64,000 nucleotides of DNA from an uncultured Bacteroidales bacterium (GTDB lineage: Bacteria; Bacteroidota; Bacteroidia; Bacteroidales; GCA-2748055): positions 12,686-76,685 of the forward strand of contig CAVTBM010000011.1 in NCBI GenBank assembly GCA_963732905.1, in the 5' to 3' direction. Each line of letters starts with the position of its first letter. Within the stretch, counting starts at the first letter, position 1. This document shows, piece by piece, positions 25,040-33,175 of the stretch. A program made the position numbers and the translations under genes. The notes beneath the pieces are model-generated. The model saw nothing but the letters and a program-made list of their open reading frames with translations. It was not told the origin of the DNA and made no database searches.

Positions 25040-25212
25040 GTGATGCTTCACGTCTCTTCGGAAAAACGAAACCGGAATATCCATTGAGAACTAGAGACGT
25101 GATGCTTCACGTCTCTTCGGAAAAACAAAACCGGTATATCCATTGAAAACCGGAACGTAGATGACGTGATGCTTCACGTCTCTTCGGAAAAACGAAACCG
25201 GAATATCCATTG
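25040..25212. repeat. Three tandem ~47-nt repeats, each with hairpin AGACGTGA-TGCT-TCACGTCT
   Basis: GTGATGCTTCACGTCTCTTCGGAAAAACGAAACCGGAATATCCATTG at 25040-25086, 25099-25145 and 25166-25212. The spacers are 12 and 20 nt. Confidence 0.9.
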
Positions 25213-25362
25213 GAAACCCGGACCGTATAAGGAAAAAAATGGTTCAAATGCCATGGAGTGATGATTTCCCTATACAAAAAACGCCTGAAATATTATTGCA
25301 GTAAGGGAAAAAATTGCATCAGGTTTCAGACTTTCATCAAAAAGCATATCATTATTTTGGGT

Positions 25363-25500
25363 GAGTTGATAACTTTTCGTCAAAAAGGTGAATCAGGGGC
25401 GCTGAGATTTTGGGGATGTTTGCTATTAAGGCCGGACGGTTGGACGGCGGGGGTGGGATCCCTGTTCAATTAAAGACCTCTTAAGATAAACGAAACCCCG
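25363..25500 (+). repeat. Conserved ~137-nt intergenic element, copy 1 (candidate structured RNA)
   Basis: GTTGATAACTTTTCGTCAAAAAGGTGAATCAGGGGCGCTGAGATTTTGGGGATGTTTGCTATTAAGGCCGGACGGTTGGACGGCGGGGGTGGGATCCCTGTTCAAT... aligns over its full length with 32630-32768. Confidence 0.6.
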
Positions 25501-25896
25501 GACTCTGCCCGGACTTTAAATGATTCCGGGCGAAAGCGGAGAAAATATCGCTGAAGGTTAAGAGTCTGATAGCTTAATAGCATTGGAGAACAGGACAATC
25601 ATCCTAACTGTTGGATCAGAAATTAATATCTTTGTGCTGTGGACACCTCCCGATAATAAGAGCCGGAGTAACACCGGTTTTTAAATGGTTATTATCCGAA
25701 GGTGAACCCCGAAGTTTTCAGGCAAAAGAGCCGAAGCTTCTGACTGATATGAATGATGATGTCCCGAAGGTCTGATTAAAAACGGTCGCCCGCGCAGGGT
25801 ACCTGTTGTCTTTCATGCAGGGATGGACTGACCAATGAAGAATCACATCTTTGTGACAGCCTCGAATGAGAGGTAGAATGACAGAAAGTTTAAAAG

Positions 25897-26562
25897 ATGA
25901 CACAGACGAAAAATGCCGGACAAAACCTTCAACGTGTTGTTTTGCCGGAACCCGTTGCCGGTAATGAAACATCGGTGATGCGAGCCTTACAATTGAGGAA
26001 AACTACCCGTGAGATCAGCGACAAAAAACTGCCGTTGCAAATCCTTTCAAATCTGCTTTGGGCAGCTTACGGGGTGAACCGCCAGACCGGCCCGTTTGGT
26101 ATCCAGGGCAGAACAGCGGCCAGCGCCAGTAATTCTCAGGAAATTGATATTTACGTGGCCCTGGAGGAAGGGATCTATCTCTATGAAGCTAAACCCCACC
26201 AACTCTCCCCGGTTTTGAAAGGTGATTTCCGTTCGCTTGCCATCGGTGCCGGACAGTCCGGTTTTGGTGCAACGGCTCCCGTACAGTTCATCTATGTGGC
26301 CGACGTATACCGACTCACACATACATCCGGATTCCAGGAACCTGGCCTGCAGGATCCGGAGGTTCAGAAATCCTATTTTTTTGCCGATACCGGGCTTATC
26401 GCAGGTAACGTCTATCTTTATGCCGCTTCTGCCGGACTTGCCGCCTGGTTTCATAACTGCAACAAACCAAAACTCATGGAAATGCTAAACCTTCGGGCGG
26501 ATCAACGGGTGTTGTTCGGACAGACGGTCGGATATCCTGAACACCCCGGGCCTATCTCTTGA
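25897..26562 (+). CDS. Nitroreductase-fold (SagB-type-like) protein
   Basis: LSNLLWAAYGVNR...SASNSQEIDIYVALEEGIYLY...FADTGLIAGNVYLYAASAGLAAW fits the nitroreductase/SagB-like fold. Confidence 0.6.
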   Translation: MTQTKNAGQNLQRVVLPEPVAGNETSVMRALQLRKTTREISDKKLPLQILSNLLWAAYGVNRQTGPFGIQGRTAASASNSQEIDIYVALEEGIYLYEAKPHQLSPVLKGDFRSLAIGAGQSGFGATAPVQFIYVADVYRLTHTSGFQEPGLQDPEVQKSYFFADTGLIAGNVYLYAASAGLAAWFHNCNKPKLMEMLNLRADQRVLFGQTVGYPEHPGPIS

Positions 26563-26711
26563 ATTAACACCCTTACTTTTTTCCGAAAGAAATTGGTCTG
26601 AATTTTAGCCGGCTTCTATGATAATTTATAGGAAATATCTATATATTTGCTTCGTGGTGTTACTATATTATATATTGGTAACACGAAATATTCCAGCCGT
26701 TATCTTGTACC

Positions 26712-29093
26712 ATGGGAAAATCTATTTTTGTTCTCCTGATTTCAGCCTGGTCTCTCTCCTCCCTCGCAAACAATTCCGGCAATCTGACCGGAACCGTCAC
26801 GGATACCAAAACCGGTGATCCGGTGATTGGTGCCAACATATATTTCAAGGGAACCATTATTGGCACCATCAGCGACATCAAAGGAAAGTATGAACTTAAA
26901 AATCTTAAGACCGGACCTTACGATGTTGTGTGTTCAGATATCGGCTATACATCGATTCAGCAGACCATCCTGGTAAGGGAAAATGATACCACCGTGGTGA
27001 ATTTTGCCCTTCAGGAAACCACAACCAACCTGCAGGCCGTTACTATTGCAGGTTCACTCCCCATGTCGGCAGCATCTTCCATGGAGATCAGGAAAATAGA
27101 TATGCAGCTCCGGCCTTTCAGAACAACACAGGATATGCTGAGGCTGGTACCCGGACTGGTCATAGCACAGCATGCCGGCGGAGGCAAGGCCGAACAGATC
27201 TTTCTCAGGGGCTTTGATTGTGATCATGGCACGGATGTTTCGGTGAATGTTGACGGAATTCCGGTTAATATGGTTTCACATGCTCATGGTCAGGGCTATG
27301 CCGACCTGCACTATGTCATCTCCGAAACGGTCGGCAACATTGATGTTAACAAGGGACCGTATTTCACAAGGTTTGGTGATTTTGCCACTGCAGGAGCAAT
27401 ATCTTTCACCACCAAAGACGTTTTGGATAACAACCTGGTCAAGCTGGAAGCCGGTCAGTTTAATACCCAAAAATACACTCTGCTTTGCCAACTTGATAAT
27501 GGTGGCGCTGAGCAGAACGGTTACATCGCTGCCCAGTATTACCATACCGACGGTCCTTTTGACAATCCACAAAAATTGCAAAGGATGAATCTCTTCGGAA
27601 AATATTTCATCCGGTTAACGCAAAACTCCAGGCTGGCTTTCTCCGTGGGGGGATATTCTTCGGCCTGGAATGCCTCTGGACAAATCCCGACCCGTGCGGT
27701 GGAAGAGGGTCTCATCAACCGTTTTGGCAATCTGGACAATACCGAAGGCGGCGCTACCGATAGGGAGAATATCAATCTTGACTATAAATTCAGAAGTGAA
27801 TCGGGAAATGAGCTTGACATTCGGACCTACGCCACTAACTATAATTTTAAATTATTCTCGGATTTTACCTTTTTCCTAACCGACAGTATCAACGGCGACA
27901 TGATCGAACAAACTGAGCATCGGAATATGTCCGGTGTCAATGCTACATATAGTTTTTCATCCAAATTTCAGAACATTCACATCATCAACCGGATTGGGAG
28001 TGGATACCGGGGTGATAACATCAGTCCGCAGCTCTGGCACAGCCCTAACCGCAACCGGATGAATGAGCTTACCAGCGACCTGATTCACCAGCATAACTTT
28101 TACGTTTGGGGTGAGCAGGAAATGGCTCTCAGTCCGAAGGTGAAAATGATCTGGGGCCTCAGGCATGACTTTTTCACTTTTATTAAAGACGATCAGGTAG
28201 GTAATGCACTGGACACAACAAACAACGGGCTTCCCCATGCATCCGGTTATGCCTGGCAGTCGGTCTTCAGCCCAAAGCTCAATTTCATTATTCAACCTAT
28301 GCGCAACCTGGATATTTACCTTAATTTTGGCCAGGGCTTTCATTCAAATGATGCCAGGGATGTGGTGATTGGAGAAAAAGTTAATGAACTGACATCACTC
28401 TGGAAACGGGAAGGACTTTCTGATCAGCAGGTAAACAGTAACCTGGCGAAATTTAATTTTGATCCCCGGCAGCGCAGTACGGGCACTCTTCCAAAAGCCA
28501 CCGGAAGTGAGATAGGGATACGCACAACCTTAGTCCATAGGCTTCACCTGGGACTGGCAGCCTGGTATCTGTACCTTCAGAAAGAAATTGTATATGCAGG
28601 TGACGGGGGCACTACAGAGATCAGCAATCCGACACAGCGTAAAGGCATTGATGCGGAAGCCAGATACGCGTTAGCCTCCTGGCTCTGGCTCGACGGAGAT
28701 CTGAGTGCATCGAAGGGCAGGATCCTGAATGTTCCTGCTGATGATAGTCATATTCCACTCGCGCCTACACTAACAGCCTCTGGAGGAATAAGTGTGATCC
28801 GGCAAAAAGGGTTGAATGCTTCGCTCCGAGTCCTTCATATCGGTGACCGCCCCGCCAATGAGCAGAATACACTAACCGCTCAAGGATATACCCTTTTTAA
28901 TGTAAACATTTTTTATAAACTGGGGAAGATCACCTTCTCGGTTTACGGAGAGAATTTAATGAATGCCGACTGGAACGAGGCACAGTTCGCCACGGAAACC
29001 CGACTAAAAGGTGAAACCGAAGGAAAAACGGATATATGCTTCACACCTGGCAACCCCAGGAATTTTCAGTTCAGCGTGGCATTTGAATTCTGA
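26712..29093 (+). CDS. TonB-dependent outer-membrane receptor with an N-terminal CarboxypepD_reg domain
   Basis: Signal peptide. GTVTDTKTGDPVIGANIYFKGT, plug region (IFLRGFDCDHGTD), long beta-barrel and a terminal aromatic residue (...FQFSVAFEF). Confidence 0.85.
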   Translation: MGKSIFVLLISAWSLSSLANNSGNLTGTVTDTKTGDPVIGANIYFKGTIIGTISDIKGKYELKNLKTGPYDVVCSDIGYTSIQQTILVRENDTTVVNFALQETTTNLQAVTIAGSLPMSAASSMEIRKIDMQLRPFRTTQDMLRLVPGLVIAQHAGGGKAEQIFLRGFDCDHGTDVSVNVDGIPVNMVSHAHGQGYADLHYVISETVGNIDVNKGPYFTRFGDFATAGAISFTTKDVLDNNLVKLEAGQFNTQKYTLLCQLDNGGAEQNGYIAAQYYHTDGPFDNPQKLQRMNLFGKYFIRLTQNSRLAFSVGGYSSAWNASGQIPTRAVEEGLINRFGNLDNTEGGATDRENINLDYKFRSESGNELDIRTYATNYNFKLFSDFTFFLTDSINGDMIEQTEHRNMSGVNATYSFSSKFQNIHIINRIGSGYRGDNISPQLWHSPNRNRMNELTSDLIHQHNFYVWGEQEMALSPKVKMIWGLRHDFFTFIKDDQVGNALDTTNNGLPHASGYAWQSVFSPKLNFIIQPMRNLDIYLNFGQGFHSNDARDVVIGEKVNELTSLWKREGLSDQQVNSNLAKFNFDPRQRSTGTLPKATGSEIGIRTTLVHRLHLGLAAWYLYLQKEIVYAGDGGTTEISNPTQRKGIDAEARYALASWLWLDGDLSASKGRILNVPADDSHIPLAPTLTASGGISVIRQKGLNASLRVLHIGDRPANEQNTLTAQGYTLFNVNIFYKLGKITFSVYGENLMNADWNEAQFATETRLKGETEGKTDICFTPGNPRNFQFSVAFEF

Positions 29094-29384
29094 GTAAAAT
29101 CAACCTTGTCTCTCAGAATCACCACAAATCGTATTTCCTTGTCCCATCACAGATTAAGACCTGGGCCCAACCAATGGGCTAAAACTCTGGTTTCATAAGA
29201 GGAATCAATGCACTCCCGTGGCTAAAACGGGTTTTATGGAATTTATTATGAACCCCGAATAATCTGGAGTGAAACTGTCAATGGCCATGATTAAATTAAA
29301 AGGAAGCTCCAAATTGGACGAGAGGCCAGATCAATTATTTCATGCAACATAAATTTTTCCTCTGTCTGAACAGACAAATTAACA

Positions 29385-29434
29385 TTTTGACGAAAACACT
29401 GATTTATTCCACGAACGTCTGTTTTTCGTCAAAA
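29385..29434. promoter_or_regulatory. 12-bp inverted repeat TTTTGACGAAAA / TTTTCGTCAAAA upstream of the PKD gene
   Basis: Arms at 29385-29396 and 29423-29434. A separate 14-bp palindrome TGTCTGAACAGACA sits at 29363-29376. Confidence 0.5.
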
Positions 29435-29570
29435 GAATGGCGATTTTAACAAACTAACCCTCCAAAAAGGAAACCCAAAATAATTTATTCACGTTCTAAT
29501 AATCGAGTCAACGCTGGAACAAGAACTACAGGCCTTTCAAGCTTTTTTAATTTGATTTAAGCTTACAATC

Positions 29571-32489
29571 GTGAAGAAGAGAATATTTCTGGCGTCTTTA
29601 GTTATCTCTTTGCTGACCTCCTACCTGTCCGCACAGGATTGTAGTATAATCTCCAAAGCAAATGATATTACACCGGACCGTCTATGTTCACCAGTCACGG
29701 TAAACTGGGACGTTACTTTGCGGGGTGTCAACGATGGCGGCAAACGTGTCCAGATAAAATACGACTGGGATGATGGTTCGGTCGAAGTATACGATGCGGT
29801 CAATACTGATCCGGCACCGGCCGTTCGTGAATGGGGCTATACCGCTTCTCACGTTTATACGTCAACCGGTGACAAATGCAATTACCATCCGAGAACCACC
29901 CTTATCGTTGATGGCCAGGAATGCAGTTCCTCCACCCAGGAACAAATTGTGACGGTCTGGGATAAGGACAATAAAAACGGTGGAAAACTGACCATTAATC
30001 CGAAGGTCTACCCGATATGTTTCGGACATGCCGCAGATGTGCGTTTCCGGGATGTTACTTTGTTCAATTGTGTGCCACCCCAGGAAAATGACGTCCCCAA
30101 CCTGAGTACCCGCTGGATTCAGTGGGTTTACGGGACAGACATCACCATGACGGGGACTCCGGTGACCATCAATGGTAATCCACACGCTTTTCCGTATTAT
30201 GGATCCATCATCATGCTACCCGGCCCGGTTTCCGGATCCGGCATTTTCAGTGACATCATGAATGTGGCCAATGATAAACTCATTGGTCAGTATTTTGAAG
30301 TCACTCTCCGTTACTGGAACTATTGCAACCCGTATGATGACCCACTCATCCCCGGTCCGCCGGCCGATCCGGTGAACGGTGACAATGCCCCGGTGACCAC
30401 AACAGCCATCATCCTGATCGTACCGTATCCCGATGCAACAATTGATCCGGTACCTCCTGTTTGCTTGTATGCCGATGCCTTTCATTTATCGGCAGCTGAT
30501 GGCGGTGGAAAATGGAGTGGTGACGGAATAGTGAACAGCAACACCGGAAAATTTGATCCGGCCACAGCAGGCCCCGGTAATCATATTATCCGTTACGATA
30601 TTACCGATGGTAACCATTGCAGTAACTGGGATACTGTTGTTGTTTCGGTAATGTCCGCCCCCGATGCCAGCATTGATCCGGTTGCTGATCAATGTACTTA
30701 TAATCCTGCTCTCAGTCTGAAATCAGTAACTTCTGCAGGAACATGGTCAGGAACAGGAATCACCGATAGTATTAGCGGACTCTTTGATCCGTCCGTTGCA
30801 GGCCAGGGTCGGCACCGGATAGCATTCTTCACCCTCCCTGATGCGAATGGTTGTATTGGGGAAGATACCGTTGACATCCAGGTAAACAAACCCCCTGATG
30901 CCCGTTTTTTAACCCCCGACACTTCATGGTGCCAAACCTACGATAATACCTCCTATGCACAAATTAAAATAGACGGTACCAATGATCTCGATTATGAAAT
31001 GATATGGGAGGTAAACGGGAACCCGGATACCCTTTTTCATATAGGTAATGACACGCTGCAGACACTTCTCATGAACAAAGCAGGAATGAACCAGTATGTG
31101 CTCAGAAAAATAATTGAAAATTTTGATCACAATTCATGTGCGACGGATCTCAATGAAGAACTTAGGATCCATGTTCTGCCTTTGCCAGCAATGAACCTGG
31201 CACTGGTTACCGACGGAGTCTGCAGTCCGGTGAGTGCTTTTATTACCTCAACGGGGGGAAAGAATTACTCATATTCCTGGTATTTCAGCGACGGTACAAG
31301 CATTGATAGTGACTCCTCATTTGTTGGCCATACATTTTACAATACGGGAATCACAGACACATCCTACAAGGTGAAACTGATATTAAAAACCCCTGACGGA
31401 TGTATTGACAGTATCAGTAAGAATCTGGTTGTTTACCCCAGACCGAGGGCCGACTTTTTAGTTTCGCCTACGATTCAGGATTATCCTTCCACAAATGTCA
31501 CTTTGACTAATTTTTCCAGTGCAGGAAACTGGGAATATTTATGGAGATTTGGTGATGGAGATACTTCCCAAACTAAACAACCCGGGGGCCATAGTTATGT
31601 AAACTACGGTGATTACAGTATCAGCCTGAAAACATTCAGCGAGCATTGCTATGATACGATCTACAAGATTATCCATATCCTCCCGCCCCCTCCTGTGGCA
31701 GGCTTCCGTCCGGATACAGCTGGCTGCAGCCCCCTGGCCATTCACTTTAACAACACCAGTCTTTACGCGCAATCCTTCGTATGGGATTTTGATGACGGTA
31801 CGTATTCGGCGGAAGAAAGCCCGGACCACACTTTCTATACCAGCAGGGATTATGAAGTGAAATTACTGGCCTCGGGGATAAAAGGAAGTGATGAAGCCAA
31901 GCACTATATCAGGGTTTTCCCTTCTCCGCGAGCGGAATTCAATGCCTATCCCGATTCATCAAGCCGCACCGACCAGGTCTTCAAGTTTCTCAATACATCG
32001 GAAAAGGCTGTCAGTTACGAATGGGATTTTGGTGACGGATCTTCCTCTTCTGAAAAGAACCCTTCCCATGTCTACGGGAAGGAAGGCCTTTTTGACATTT
32101 CTTTATATGTCAGGAGTGAGAATAATTGTCCGGATACGCTAACCCGTGAAAGATATATTAAAGTCATCGCAGGAGAAGGGAACATTGCTTTTCCCAATGT
32201 TTTCAGGTGGAACGGATCCGGTCCTACCGGCGGGTACTGGTCGCCCGGCGAGATTGACAACACCGTTTTTCATCCCTTCTTTGAAAATGTAGAGGAGTTT
32301 AAGCTTCTTATCTATAACCGTTGGGGCGAGCTGATGTATACATCCGACGACATTTATAAAGGCTGGGATGGCTATATCATGAAGAATGGCGAACGTGCCA
32401 CCCAGGGTGTCTATGTATACAAGGCCTGGATAAAATATGTAGACGGGAGAACGGAAGTGAAGGTCGGCGATGTGACATTTTTGTATTGA
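29571..32489 (+). CDS. Large PKD-repeat surface protein with a T9SS type-B (gliding-motility CHU_C-like) C-terminal domain
   Basis: GTG start and signal peptide. PKD signatures YLWRFGDGDTSQTKQPGGHSY, FVWDFDDGTYSAEESPDHTF, YEWDFGDGSSSSEKNPSHVY. Tail: FPNVFRWNG...FHPFF...LLIYNRWGELMY...WDGY...QGVYVYKAW. Confidence 0.85.
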   Translation: MKKRIFLASLVISLLTSYLSAQDCSIISKANDITPDRLCSPVTVNWDVTLRGVNDGGKRVQIKYDWDDGSVEVYDAVNTDPAPAVREWGYTASHVYTSTGDKCNYHPRTTLIVDGQECSSSTQEQIVTVWDKDNKNGGKLTINPKVYPICFGHAADVRFRDVTLFNCVPPQENDVPNLSTRWIQWVYGTDITMTGTPVTINGNPHAFPYYGSIIMLPGPVSGSGIFSDIMNVANDKLIGQYFEVTLRYWNYCNPYDDPLIPGPPADPVNGDNAPVTTTAIILIVPYPDATIDPVPPVCLYADAFHLSAADGGGKWSGDGIVNSNTGKFDPATAGPGNHIIRYDITDGNHCSNWDTVVVSVMSAPDASIDPVADQCTYNPALSLKSVTSAGTWSGTGITDSISGLFDPSVAGQGRHRIAFFTLPDANGCIGEDTVDIQVNKPPDARFLTPDTSWCQTYDNTSYAQIKIDGTNDLDYEMIWEVNGNPDTLFHIGNDTLQTLLMNKAGMNQYVLRKIIENFDHNSCATDLNEELRIHVLPLPAMNLALVTDGVCSPVSAFITSTGGKNYSYSWYFSDGTSIDSDSSFVGHTFYNTGITDTSYKVKLILKTPDGCIDSISKNLVVYPRPRADFLVSPTIQDYPSTNVTLTNFSSAGNWEYLWRFGDGDTSQTKQPGGHSYVNYGDYSISLKTFSEHCYDTIYKIIHILPPPPVAGFRPDTAGCSPLAIHFNNTSLYAQSFVWDFDDGTYSAEESPDHTFYTSRDYEVKLLASGIKGSDEAKHYIRVFPSPRAEFNAYPDSSSRTDQVFKFLNTSEKAVSYEWDFGDGSSSSEKNPSHVYGKEGLFDISLYVRSENNCPDTLTRERYIKVIAGEGNIAFPNVFRWNGSGPTGGYWSPGEIDNTVFHPFFENVEEFKLLIYNRWGELMYTSDDIYKGWDGYIMKNGERATQGVYVYKAWIKYVDGRTEVKVGDVTFLY

Positions 32490-32629
32490 AAAGGATAGAG
32501 AATCAGTGAAAATTTCTTATGCCACTCAGAACTATCCTGCACCTGTAATTCCACTGAAATTTTATTGCAGTCAGCCCATTTTTTTCAGAAGAATCTAGTC
32601 ATTCATAAAAATGGCCCTCAACTTTTAGA

Positions 32630-32768
32630 GTAGTTGATAACTTTTAATCAAAAAGGTTAAAACGGGACGCTGAGATTTGGGGGGTGTTTCCCATTAAGGG
32701 CGGACGGTTGGAAGGTGGGGGTGGGATACCCTATTCAATCTAAGACTTCTTAAAAATAACGAAGCCCC
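32630..32768 (+). repeat. Conserved ~137-nt intergenic element, copy 2
   Basis: Roughly 85% identical by eye to 25363-25500, in the same orientation. It lies between convergent genes. Confidence 0.6.
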
Positions 32769-32882
32769 TTATTGCGTCCTTCCGGCAAATTCTCCTGATT
32801 TAAGATCCTGCTTATGGGAGATGTAACAAGGTGATGGCGGCTGTCTAAAAAGATCTTTAAATAAGGATTCAAGTTACAAAGT

Positions 32883-32930
32883 ATAACCGCCCTTCATCCG
32901 CCTGAGGCGGACGAAGGGCGGTTATATTTT
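32883..32930 (+). terminator. Strong rho-independent terminator-like hairpin (20-bp stem, 3-nt loop, T-run)
   Basis: ATAACCGCCCTTCATCCGCC-TGA-GGCGGACGAAGGGCGGTTAT followed by ATTTT. 19 of 20 positions pair. Confidence 0.75.
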
Positions 32931-33175
32931 GAAAGCAACCTGTTGACGGCCGCAACTTTCCGGACAGCCTCTTAGAATTCCTGAACCCATTGCTGTGACT
33001 TCCTCTCAGGACTTATTTTCCGAAAGGCATTACCCATGCATTGAGTATGGTCAACCCGGAAGGTTCGCCTTTCAAATTCAGGAAGAAATGATGATGAACC
33101 AGAGCCGGACTTCCTGGCGCCAGGAGATCAGGATTCCTGTCTCCGGTCCTCTCAGTCGTTCCTCCACATCCCCTG

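Noticed and set aside
25040-25212. Possible CRISPR array (three direct repeats, each with an internal hairpin)
   Set aside because: The repeats are 47 nt but the intervening sequences are only 12 and 20 nt. There are just three units and no cas genes in the window. This is a tandem repeat, not a repeat-spacer array.
25258-25473. 71-aa ORF overlapping element copy 1
   Set aside because: The homologous copy at 32630-32768 has stop codons in the same frame, so the conservation is at the nucleotide or structure level, not the protein level.
25363-25500. TPP riboswitch, suggested by GGGGCGCTGAGA
   Set aside because: The remaining THI-box features (ACCC...CCTGATCnGGnTAATnCCnGCGnAGGGA) are absent. 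In addition, the second copy is not upstream of any gene.
25640-25896. Cobalamin riboswitch upstream of the TonB receptor operon
   Set aside because: Only a loose B12-box-like GTCCCGAAGGTCTGA and an AATAAGAG-CCGG...CCGG stem are present. GCCACTG, GGGAAGGC and the GGTGnAAAUCC/CCCGC core are missing or out of order. I kept it only as an unclassified leader.
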